Source of the DNA: Vitrella brassicaformis CCMP3155
Taxonomy: Eukaryota > Protista > Chromerida
Direction of reading: 5' to 3'
Assembly: GCA_001179505.1 (NCBI GenBank)
Contig: CDMY01000376.1
Span: forward strand, 124,001 to 188,000
Length of the DNA stretch: 64,000 nt
Part shown: piece by piece, positions 1 through 11,559 of the stretch
Position numbering within the stretch: position 1 is the first letter of the stretch
Layout of the letters: the number at the start of each line of letters is the position of its first letter
Notes under the pieces: generated by a model
What the model was told of the DNA's origin: nothing
The model's database searches: none
What the model saw: the letters and a program-made list of their open reading frames with translations, nothing else
Made by a program: the position numbers and the translations under genes

Positions 1-1349
1 TGAGGACACCGGCAGGCGGCCCAGCACGGGGGTGTTGCGACGCCTCGCCTGGCGTGCGCCCTCGGCCGGGGTCAGGTTGGGCTCGCCCTGACCAAGAAGG
101 GCAGACAAAAGCAAAGCGGTATGTGTGGTGGATGGGGTGAGTGTTCCGTCATTTGGTCGCGTACCTCGTCCCAGAGGTGTAGCTGTCTGCGCCACAGTCG
201 CACACGGCTGTCAAAATGACGCTTGGGACAGCACTGCAGTGCACATGAGAAAGGGCGGACACACGCAGGAGAGAGTGTGGTGTGGTGTGGTGTGTCCACA
301 GACATACGTACTTATCCATCCATCCATCCATCCATGTATGTATCTCTCTCTGTATACCTCGTGTATGTTGGGTGTTTGTGGGTGCAGACTGTCGCTCCAG
401 TGGGGCTTGCGGCGGTCCTTAGGCACATGGGCACTGTACTGACGATACCCCTCCGTGTCCTGCAGGACAGACACACACACACACACACACACACACCGAC
501 ACGAGCACACGAATGAGTGCCGCACCCACCGCATACGTGCAGTGAAGTGCAGGAAAGCCATACAATCCTGATGGCCCGTGGTTGTGTATTGATTGAGTCT
601 TGGCTCGCTCACCTTCCCAATCTCAATCTGCCGGCCGCGCTGTAACAGACGATGCTCATCCAACTCTGAAATGACCATAAATGCACGCACGTCAATCACA
701 CACTCATGATCCATGCCGACCTCCCTCCCTCCCTCCCTCCCTCCCTCCCTCTCTCCCTCTCTCTCCTTCTCCCTGACCTTTTGGCTGGGCCCCGCCAGAA
801 AATCTCCGCCCGCGAAACCTCCTAGGGCTCGTATACCCCCCTCCAGCTCCCCCTCCCCCTCTCCGCCCGACCAATCCATATCCAGACCGGCGCGTGGCCG
901 CATGATGATGATGGTGGGTGAACCCGCCGCCCCCTCGTCGATATGGCGTACCGTTGCCGTCGTCAGGCGACCCGCCGCCATAGGATGACCGCTTGGCGGG
1001 GGAGCGGTGGTGCTCTGACGAGTCGTCGGTGCGGCGCCGGCTGTCGCCCTCTGTCCTGCGCGTGGTGGGTGCAACAGGAGTGTGATCAACCTGTGTGTGA
1101 CGTGACACACACAAAACATCAATCAGACATAAAAGACATATCAAGCATACGTACGTCAGACTGCCTATCTCGACCACTCACTCGTGCAGGCCAGCCAGGC
1201 ACATGCAATGCAGTCAGTGCAGGTCTTTAACCCACCTAACCCACCTGGTGCTTGCTACTAGTGTTGGCAGGCTGCAGCCGGGGCCACGTATCATCCTCCT
1301 CCTTCTGATCATCGCCGCCAGCGCTCCGCCCGAGTGCGCCCCCGGACAT
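1..1349 (-). CDS. SLBP: Histone RNA hairpin (stem-loop) binding protein; 3' end runs off the window
   Basis: Exons 1349-1245, 1090-778, 665-613, 459-358, 233-165 and 87-<1 join in frame at GT-AG sites. They give ELDEHRLLQRGRQIEIGK-DTEGYRQYSAHVPKDRRKPHWSDSLHPQTPNIHE-CCPKRHFDSRVRLWRRQLHLWDE, which matches the SLBP RNA-binding domain (RRQKQI.YGKNT..Y..Y...VP...R....HP.TP......SRR.WD.Q...WR..LH.WD). The start codon at 1349 is inferred from an in-frame upstream stop. Confidence 0.88.
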
Positions 1350-1979
1350 AATGATCACGAAGCCGCAGACCTCGCTATTCAACCGCCGGGCACACCAAGG
1401 CCGATAATACCGCCATCAGAACGCATCAGGACGAAATGGGACGGGCAGATGATGCTGAATGCACTCGAATCCGGCTGTCTGCTCTTGGCGGTCGGCTTGT
1501 CAGTCGAGTGTTGGGGCAGCTGTGGCGACAATCTGTGGTTGCGATGGTGACAAACGCTTCGTGGATGCGCGGGATGCACACCGATAATGCTGAAGGGTGC
1601 TCTCGACGGGCGGGCTTCACGAGTACTTGCCCTGCACGTCCTCCAGCAGCGCTCCGTGCCACCGCCAAGGTCCAACGAGCGCTGCCCTCGGATCGAAGCG
1701 GGCTCGAAGCTCGCAACCAAGAAGGGAGAAAAGGAGGGAGAAAGAGGAGAAGAAAGCGAGCGTGTTCTCTTTATCTTCGCTTGTGATCTGTCAATCCCGT
1801 CGTCTTCACTTCCGGTCGGCACTTGCTGATGCATCACAGATGACCCGTCGGCAGCGCACGACAGCAGCAACTAGTATCGTCCCGTTTTGACCATTTTGAA
1901 TTCATCCTATCATCTTACTTATTCGTTCTCCCTTCTGAATCACGTGACCGACGTCAATTGCGTCTAGCCATCTGGTTTG

Positions 1980-2963
1980 ATGGGGCTGTCCTTCTGCCAA
2001 TGGGTCTCGCTCGGCACCTGGATGCTCGTGTTGCTCCTCTACCTGCTGTCAGCCATGCTCTTCATCCACCGCCGGAAGCAACAGCCCGTCAAGAGCCGCA
2101 GCCCCATACTCGTCATGTTCTCCACGCTGGGCGGCTTCCTGCTGGCCACATGGGCCATCATCGAGTACGCCATCGCCAACACGCCCCTGGCCGACGATGG
2201 GTGGGTCGTCTTCACGCAGAACACACTGCTCACCCTCGGACACCCGCTCTTCTTCCTTCCATACTTTCTGCGATGCTATCGGCTGGCCTTTGTCTTCCGG
2301 AACGTCAAGCAGCGCGCCAATGGTGAAAGGGGGCAGAGGGAGAGGGAGGTCGTATCGGCTTACCAGCCCCCAGCTGCGCCGCTCTCTGACGGCTCTGTGG
2401 CGACTAATGACGGGACGGGCCACGTCAACACCCCATCTCACGTCACGGAGGCCTTCCTCCCGTCCTTCGCAGCCGACGACCTCTTCGCGCGTCGCTTCCG
2501 GCGCGCGACGGAGCGGCGGTTGATCGTGATCCTGCTTCTCTCTCTCTGCCTGTTTTTGGCGTTGTTCTTCATGATCTTCCTCATGTCCACTCCGCCGACC
2601 GCCCCCGTGCCCGTGCCGCACGGCCACATGTGGGCGGACTGGCTGTGGATCGCCGTGCACGTGATCGAGGTGGTGGCCATGCTGATCGGCGTGTGCATCG
2701 TGCGGCGCATCCAGGACGAGTTCTCGATCCAGTGGGAGATGGTGGGGGTGCTGAGTGTCTCGCTCGTGGCAGGGGGCGTCGTGTGTGCGCTGTATTATGA
2801 TCCGTGGGGCGGGCGGCGCGACAGGACGGCCGTGGAGTGGGGCATCTTCCTGGCGGCCGTCATCGGCAGGTCCGTCACATGCCTTGGGCTCAGTGCCGTG
2901 TGGCCAGGTGGGTTACCAAGCGAACCACGGGCGGGCCCGGCACACATCTGCATCTCTCTCTCC

Positions 2964-2995
<32 letters not shown>

Positions 2996-3894
2996 CGTGG
3001 CAGTCGATTCGTGCTCCCCCCGTGCTTACGTGGTCATCGAGTGTGAGCGCCGAGCGGCTCGAGGCAGTGCTGCTGGACCCTCTGTGCCTAGAGTTCTTCG
3101 GCAGGTACACACACACACACACACACATCCAACACATCCCATCCCCACAACCGCCCGCCTCGTCCAGGTTTTTGCGTCGGTCCCCCGACCTGGACGAGCA
3201 TGCCCTGTACTTCTGGATGGGCGTCGAGAACCTCCGCACCTCCCTCAAACCCCCCTTTCCCCTCCACTCACCGTCATACACACTCCCGCCCCACCCCCAC
3301 TCCACCGCCCCATACACCCCCTCGCCCTACTCGGCATCGTCCTCGCAGCCGGCGTCATTGGCGCGGCTGACGCCCCCTACGTGCGGCCCGGCGTCCCTGG
3401 AGGCGGTGCAGACGTGTGAGTGGCTGTGGGGGACGTATCTGTGTGAAGAGCCCACATATCGGCTGGCCTTTGCCCCGGACGGTGGGTGGGTGTGGGAGGA
3501 TGGGGGCGGGGGAGAGGGGAGGACCTACATGGACTTCTGCAGAAACCTGGAGGCGCCGCAGGTAGGTAGGCGGAATCAAAAAAGCTTATGCGTCTGTAAT
3601 GCAATCCATGCATTGAATTCATTGGGGTGTGTCACTTCTGTGTGTGTGTGTATGTATGTGTGGCTGGCTGACGTGGCGCATGCAGCGTGCGGCGTTGCAG
3701 TATCTGGAGCATTCTTGCTTTTTGCTCTTCCGGAACTCACCCGAATATCAGGAACTCCAAGTAAGTAGGGTATTTGAAGAGAAACACATGGATGGACGAC
3801 TGGATCGCTCCTTGCACACACACATATATATCAGGTTCAGATCAACCGTCAGAACACTCTGCGGCAGCGGCTGGTGGTGGCTGACATGATCTGA
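1980..3894 (+). CDS. 7-transmembrane RGS-domain protein (AtRGS1-like architecture)
   Basis: Exons 1980-2907, 2996-3104, 3168-3561, 3686-3760 and 3835-3894 join in frame. Seven hydrophobic segments include the motifs FIHRRKQQPVKSRSP and RRIQDEFSIQWEM. An RGS box follows: LEAVLLDPLCLEFFGRFLRR..DEHALYFWMGVENLR ... AALQYLEHSCFLLFRNSPEY. Confidence 0.82.
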
Positions 3895-4374
3895 GGATAC
3901 TCATGAGTGCCCTCTGCCCCCCCTTCCCCCGTCTCGCTCTTCCCCTTGTTTCGACGTGGTTCTTGTTCAGCTGTCTGTATCGGCATGGATCAGTGCCGCA
4001 CCGACATCAGGGGGAGGACGACGACGCGTACAAGATGAAGACCAGGCAGGATGAAGCGGCAGGGGGCAGCGAGTGTGGAAGAATGGACATGCCACCGAGA
4101 TGTTTTTTCCTGAGTTGAGGTTGGATGGATGGATGGATGGCGTCACGTGGAGACATTTTCTTGAGCGAGGGAGCCCATCTGTGTATGGGTGTGGTGTGAT
4201 GTACATGTGCAGTGAGAGACCCAGCAACAGACAGACAGACAGACAGACGAGCAAGCGGTCTTGTGCTCTTGTACATAATACACATTTTACGAAAGAAAGT
4301 ATTGTACTGTATGTATCATCCATGGGCCGATGGTCCGTGAACCAGTGAGTCTCGTCAAGCCATATATCGGCCAC

Positions 4375-6761
4375 TCAATGCGCAGCAGCGCTCTCGCTGT
4401 CTTTTTCCGCCGCCATTATTGACATGTTCGACAGGTCCAGTAGGGAATCGACCTGCGCCACAGAAGAGAAAAATGGAGCCATAAAAGTGAACACGGCCAT
4501 GGGTCCTCCACTCCCTCAGTCACCTCCTGCCTGCCGATCTCGTCAAGTCCCGACCAATCCCGGTCCTCCCCAACCATGCCCTCCAAACACGATGAAGACG
4601 ACGACGGACGCTCAGCCACATCGACAGCCCCCTTCTCGCCTACTGCAGCTGCATCAGCCGCCCTCTCTTGCCGCACTCTCTGTAACCGCGTCACCTCAGT
4701 GCCGACCTCCGCCAGGTCAACCCGCACTCGCTTGGCCTCGTGGTCAAGCCCTGCGTCGCGCTCAATGCCCCTGTCTCTGTGTGGTGGGTGGTGTGTCAGG
4801 CGTGTTGCAGGGGCCTCGGCAGCCAGCAATGGTGTCTTGGGGGGTGTTGGGAGGGCGAATGATGGGCATGTGAGTGCTGGCAAAGGGGGGTGGTGAGTGG
4901 CGGCCTCCAGCCTGGCCAGGGCGTCGGCGAGGAGGGCGCGGAGGGAGGTGTGCTCGGGCTCCATCTGGGCTATTTTCTGCTGGTGTGCACTAATGGCCCG
5001 CTCGGCCGACTCAAGAGTGGCACGGCGCTCAGCCACCTACATTCAACACACGCACACACACACACACACACACACTTGTCTATGTGTGTATGTTGGTGCC
5101 TCTCTCCCTCCCTCTCTTCCAGCCACCTGCAGAGCGATCTCATTTTTGAGTGTCTGGTGTTCCCTCTGGTGTGCGACCACCTCAGCCTCCGCCCTCAGCT
5201 TCTCGTCCATCGCACGCGTGGCCGCCGCCTCGGCCATTTGTCGATCCCGCTGCTCGCGGTCCAGCCGCCCCTGTAGCTGCCGATGGGCATCCCTCATCGC
5301 CTCTAGCTCTGCCTTGAAGGCGGCCATCTGCTGGCGAGAGTGCTGCTCGAGCTCACGAGCCTGCAATGGAGGCATGCAGCCATCCGTTGTCCGTGTGTGT
5401 GTGTGTTTGGGGCTGGTCTGCCTACCTGTTTGTGCAGTGCGTCTGCCATTCGTGTGCGCAGCTCCTCCCTCTCCATGCGACACGCCTCCTCTATCTCGTG
5501 CTGAGGTCGCACACAGCACAGGCTGCAGACCATGTGAGTGTGTTGTGTGTGTTGCATCCGGGCTGCCTCGACTCGCCTCAACTCACACAGTGTGCCACTT
5601 GGCAGTCGAGCACTCGCTGCAGTCTGCCCAGGTCCTTCTTGGTGGCCTCATATTTCTCCCTCGTCTGCTGGCACTCGTCTGTCAGCCGCCTGTTGTCGGC
5701 AGCTGCAGCCTCCATCTCGATGCGATGGCTCTCGGCCTGCTCCTGACGCACCCTCTCCGCCTCTGTCAGCCTGAGAATATGATAGGGCGACAGCAGCAAG
5801 TCTGTGGTGCGTCATTCCTGCTGAAGTTGCTCACTTTGCCTGCATGTGATTGCATCTCTCCTCAGCTATCCTCCTGGCCTCCTCAACGGCCGCCTCCCGA
5901 CGAGTGGCCCTCTCCAGCTGATCCCACACACTCTGCTGCACCTCCGCCTGGTTCTCCACAGAACTCGCCAGCGCCCCCTCCAGCTTCCGAAGGGCGCTCT
6001 TGAAGCTGCCCAGGAAGTCATCTGGCGGTGTCAGGGGCGGCAGGGCGGGTGGGACTGATGGGGCCGGCTGTGGGATGGCTGGTGGGGGTGTGGGGATGAC
6101 TGGTTCTGGCGGTGGGAGTGCAGCGTAGGGCGGCGGCGGGGAGGGGGGAGGCGGCGGGGAGGGAGGGGAGGGGGGCTTGGGCCGTGCCTACAAAGCGCAA
6201 TTGATGAATGACAAGACGACACATGATGCAATGAGGCAGGCAGGCTAGTGTCTGTCTGCCTTGGTCCCGTACCTTTCGGACAGGCGGCGGGACATTCTGA
6301 ACGAGCCGAACAGCGCATAGGAGACCACAGCACAGGACAGAGTGATGGATGCATTGTCTTAAGTATATTGCATTGCATTGCATGGTGGTCTCACCGCTTT
6401 GACTCTTCTAAGAGGGACGACAGTGCGGTCAACTCTATGTGATGGAGCCGCCTCCTCACCGGCAGCACGGCACCCACTGCAAGTGGACTCTAATGCACCT
6501 CTCAGCTGCACGAGAAGAAAGAAACAACACATACCATCATCCTCGATGCATTCAGATGGAAGGCTTGGATGGATGGCTGACCTGCGATGGGTGCACTTCG
6601 CCTTCAGACAGCGCTTCGCCATCCGAAAGGCCATCATCACTCGCCGCTCGCCAGAGAGGATTCCGAAGCGCCGGGCACTCGGATGATTCTGATGTGCTTG
6701 AAGGCGTTGACACACGACGGCCGCTGATGGGACGATGATACAGCGGTACTGCAGACAGCAT
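4375..6761 (-). CDS. Hypothetical proline-rich and long coiled-coil protein
   Basis: Multi-exon. N-terminus MLSAVPLYHRP..., a Pro-rich exon (PKPPSPPSPPPP...), then E/R/A/Q-rich heptad exons (LTEAERVRQEQAESHRIEMEAAAADNRRL, ARELEQHSRQQMAAFKAELEAMRDAHRQLQ). The last exon VDSLLDLSNMSIMAAEKDSESAAAH* ends at 4375. No family recognised; start codon uncertain. Confidence 0.65.
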
Positions 6762-7043
6762 TTGGAGCAAATCTTACCCTTAACCACCACCACGCATTTA
6801 AAGGCGCCTTTTTTTGAATCGCGAGGGAAGGAAGGCGTCGACAGGAGGCGTGTAGAGCTTGCTGACGCCCTGGAACGGCAATTCGATTCATAGCTTTCCG
6901 CGACGTGGCTGCGAGATGGCTGCCAGCGCAGCTCAGGTGAGAGAAGAGGAGCCAAGCGAGGCACGCAGATCACGGCGTCAGTCGGCTGTGGCGGGCTGTC
7001 GTTGATTGTGTTGTTTGTCATGCCAATATCTCTGCAGACGTCG

Positions 7044-8869
7044 ATGGCTGCGATGCGGGAGCAGCTGCTGGCGGGGATAGAAACCTATCAGACCAATCAG
7101 GCGAATGTACCTAACCGACACACTCGCTCGCTCACTCACTCATTCGGTGCATCGCTCATTGCTTGCTTGGTGTTGTTTGTGTGTGACGCTCAGGTCAACA
7201 GTTGCATTGACCGATTTTCTCAGATGGACACCGCTGCGGTGTCACCACTGGTGCGGGCAGACTGCCAAGCACACACACACCGCACAATCACAGCACAAAG
7301 GCCTCTGTGTCATCTGTGCTTCACTCGTTCATGCATTCATTCGTTCACCAGATGATGTCCAACGTCATTTGGCATCTCGTCGCTGCATCGGCCCGACTGG
7401 CCCAGCTGGCGGACAGCATGTACTCGACCATCGCACTCACAACACATACCTGCACACAGGTGAGAGAGTGACGCAAACACACAGACACACCGACATGAGA
7501 CCAGACACACAGCTCCATGTCTTCCTGTGTGTCATCAGGCTCAACGGTGGCATGTGACTGACATGCCCGCCGAGCCCATGCGCATCATCATTGCCCTGTC
7601 TGACGTCACCACCATTGCCCGCTTCAGCTCGACAGCACGCCCCATCACCGCTGCCCTCCGGCCCATCGTCCGCCGCTTTCGCCTGTCGAAGGCCGTCGAG
7701 GTGGCGGGTCTGAGTGGTGTGGTGCGGTTTGACACTCAGCTGGACCACGGCGATGTGATGAAGGCCATGTGGATGGTGGAGAAGGGGGGTGAGGGCGAGT
7801 GGAAAGAGGCGGGCGAGGCACTTAGATTCGCTGAGCACTGCGGCTATTGCCAGCTGCCCATCACTGTGAGCGCTGAAGATCTGCAGACACACGCCACCAA
7901 AGCGGTAAACACGACACACAGAACAGGCAATGGGTGAGCTGCTGGATGTGGGTGCGTGTATGTGTGTGTGTGCAGGACTACTCATCGCTGCCCCGCTTCT
8001 GTGCCCAGTGGATGGTCGTCGGTCGCCAGGTGGCCCTCCGTCGCCCCACCGGCCAGCAGGACGGCACTCTCCAGCTGTTCCGCCACAACAACGAGATCCG
8101 GATCATCCGCAACCAGCCCAACTTCGCCATCACCACCAACCCGCCCCTCCCCCTCCCCAGCCGCCCCACCCATCCCTTCTCGCAGCACCCCTTCACCCAC
8201 CACGCCAAGCCACACGACCCGCCAGTCCGCCACAGCATCGTGTGGCAGCATGGTGTGGGCTGGACGGCGGCTGGTGCCAACAACGTTCACGCGTCAGCGA
8301 GTTCCATGTTGAAGAGGCTGCTGCGGGTTCACCGTGTGTTGGCTGTGGGCGGCTTCACCCAGTCGCCAGCAGTGGTGGTGGACCGGTAAGTGGATGGACG
8401 GCACTCAATGAGAGGGCAAATCGCTATGTGGTGCGCTATTGATGTGTGTGTCAGGAGTGCGCGTGGTGGCCACCTCGACCGCATCATGACTCGATCGCCA
8501 CATACACCCCTCAATGGATGCTCGGAAGCGCTGACGTGCGAGGGGGCCAATGGGCGGTGTGTGCAGCTGCATGCGTTGACGACGTCGGACGACCCATTCA
8601 TCTCATGGATTCCCTTCGGCATCCCCCCAGGCAACAGCCAGGACGGTACGCATACACAGTGACAACACATCCATGCTGTCGTGTCGTCGGATCATCCGCT
8701 CCTCTCTTGTCTGCATGCAGTGCTCGTCAGCATTCTCACCAGCGAGGCGCCAGCAGCAGGTGTCCCTCAGGACGCGCCCTTCGCACAGCGATTCCCCTTG
8801 ACGGCCGCGAAGGCGCGCCGTGTCCTCGGCCCCATCGCCCCTATCGTCCTGGACGGCCAGGCACCATAG
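7044..8869 (+). CDS. Hypothetical protein, no recognisable family (probably lineage-specific)
   Basis: Exons MAAMREQLLAGIETYQTNQAN, ...RFDTQLDHGDVMKAMWMVEKGGEGEWKEAGEALRFAEHCGYCQLPITV..., DYSSLPRFCAQWMVVGRQ...HDPPVRHSIVW..., and ...RRVLGPIAPIVLDGQAP* are separated by microsatellite-containing GT-AG introns. Confidence 0.65.
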
Positions 8870-10238
8870 TCACACAGGTGGCTGGCTGGATGGCTTCAAG
8901 GAAAGACACACAAGTAGCTGACTGCTTGGCGGGGCGGGGTTAGGCGAGCGGACTGGGTGTCTGTTTGTGTGAGCATTGTATCTGTTGGCTGCATGTCTGC
9001 ATGCCAATATATGACAATGACGATGGACCCATCCGTGGAAGCGTGTGTGCGCAGACAGATGAATGCGCGCGTGTGTGTGTATGCGGGAACGAATTGGTGG
9101 CGACAGACACTCATTGCTGCACATGCATTGATTACATCTGTCTGCGTATACGGATGTCATGTCAATTGTCATCCATTCACTCATCCACTCATTCACTCAC
9201 TCAGTGGATGCAGACTCATGCTGACTGGACTGCCGGAGAACAGCGCAGCACAGCACGGTGCACCCATGTCGACGCATGCAATACACATGAGCAGATGCAG
9301 CCACAGACGACCGACGGATGGACAAGGCAAGCTTCGCGCGCTACCCTCTAGACACACACAATGTCATCACCATGAACGAACGCATCAGAGATATGTATGT
9401 AGCAAAAAAGCACATCAAACCAACCAACACAAGAAGGAAAGAAGCTAGAGTGGTTGTTCTGTCCTCTGTCGATTCGGTTCTTTCCCAATTCAAAGCACGG
9501 CAGACAGACGGATGAATCAGTCAGTGTGCCAATCAGTCAGTCAGTCAATCGACCACAGCAGCAGCAGCGATACTGAGATACACAGGGAGGTAGGCAGGAA
9601 GCTAGACCCTCTTCGTTGGCCTGCCTTATCGACACCAGCGGCAGCAGTTGCATGAGGGGGGATGCATTGCTCGATATAGGTAGACAGCAGGCAATGGGTG
9701 GTATGTATGGTACATCTGTGTAGGGTATCTTACATGCGCACACGCACACAATAATGAATGAATGCGACGCAGCCAAGTGGATAGATTAGAAGGCTAGGCA
9801 GATAATCTCTCCGTGCGTGTGACCGACCGACCGACCGACCGACCGACGACCAATGGATGAATGGACAGGCACACACAGACAAAGCGATGGCAGACGGCAG
9901 ACGGCAGCGAGTGAGGTAAAAAGGCCAATATATCTGACGGGAGCAAAATCATTGACTGACTCCTGCGAAGGTACGATCAAAAGAAGCTTCGCCGATCCTG
10001 GGTGGACCATCCCATCCGTCCCACCAACACAACAGCCCCCGCCCTCCCCCACCCACCCTCCCAGCAAGCATTACAAATCAATCAGACTCGCTTTGCGCAG
10101 CATAAGCATACCACACACTCTTCCTTACATGGACACACACCACACACATCTACATCTACACGGACACTGACTGATTTGATAAGTATGCATGTAGTATACA
10201 AGAGATACAAATCGGTCACCCCACCACCCCACCCCGCC

Positions 10239-11524
10239 TCACCCCCTATATGGCGGGTGGTGGTGCTCATAGCCATAGCCGTGCCGCACAGGGCTCCCAG
10301 TCGCCCTCGACAGATAAGTGGGGTTGGCCGTCGAGTAGGGGAAGGACGGCCGCTTCAAGGCCATCAGGTGGGGCACCGAGTGCGATAAGAGGCTCTCCTG
10401 CATCGGCACCGGCACGCACGAGTCGCCTGCGTCTGCTGGCGACGGCTGATGGGGCGGTTGCGGGTGGTGTGGGTGTTGGAGGAGGAGCGTCCTGCCAGCT
10501 GTGACGGATGAAGCCGCACAGAATGGGTAGATCTGGAGGCCCGTCATCTTCTCGTACATCTTCTCAAGCCTGCGTAGACAGACAGACAGACAGACAGACG
10601 TGTGTGTGTTGTGAGAGTGGCTTGCGGGGAGGGAGGGGGGATTTCGTGTGTGGCTGGGCTGGCTGACCAGAAGAAGTATGCGGCCTGGACCTCCTCCCTC
10701 AGAGGCAGCGGGTGGGCTTCGCTGCCCTGCCATGTGCTGCCCAGGTCAACCAATAAATCAGCCGGCAACTGAACACACACACAACAAAACACAACAACAT
10801 ATCGCAAAGGAAAGGTAATGGAGCCACCACAACCACAACCGCCCATCCCCATCCCCATGCCGGCGCACAAGCATACCTCCTGCAGCAGATGGGGGTTGGC
10901 GTTGATCTCGGCCCTCTGGAACTCCTCAATCCTGTGCAGAAAGCTGATTGCCTCGTGGTCGTACCCCCATATCCGCCACTCTGGCCCCCCCGGCCCCTCC
11001 GCCCCCTCATGCACACCAATACCCATCCCGTCATCACCTTCACACACGCCTGCCGTAGTCGAGCCGCTGACGTTGCTCGCGTGCACGGAAGACCCCGACT
11101 GGCTGACGGTTGTAGGGGGCGGGGGGTGGGGCGGCGGGTGATGGTGCATCATCAATGGGTGGATCTCGCGAGCTGATGCTGATGCCGTTGCGTGTTGGTG
11201 TGCACCCGACATGGAGAGGGAGAGGGAGTCCGCGGCTGTGGGGGGGGCTGTGGGGGGGTGTGGGTGGCCATGGTCGCCGTCTTGGTGCTGCTCTTCTTGT
11301 GAGTGTTGTGGGGGTGGGGTGGGGGTGGGCGCGAGTGTTGGCTCGTTTTCGTCGCTATAGAGCGTGTCCGAGGCTGCAGCGGCGGACGCCACCATGCTCT
11401 GCACCATGAGGTCGTCGTCATCGTGCCTCGCCGCTGCTGCTGCTGGGAAGAGGGAAGTGCACGTGCGGTGGGGGGGCGGGAGGCGATAGTATAGCTGATC
11501 ACCACAGAGCCATTGCGAGGAACG

Positions 11525-11559
<35 letters not shown>

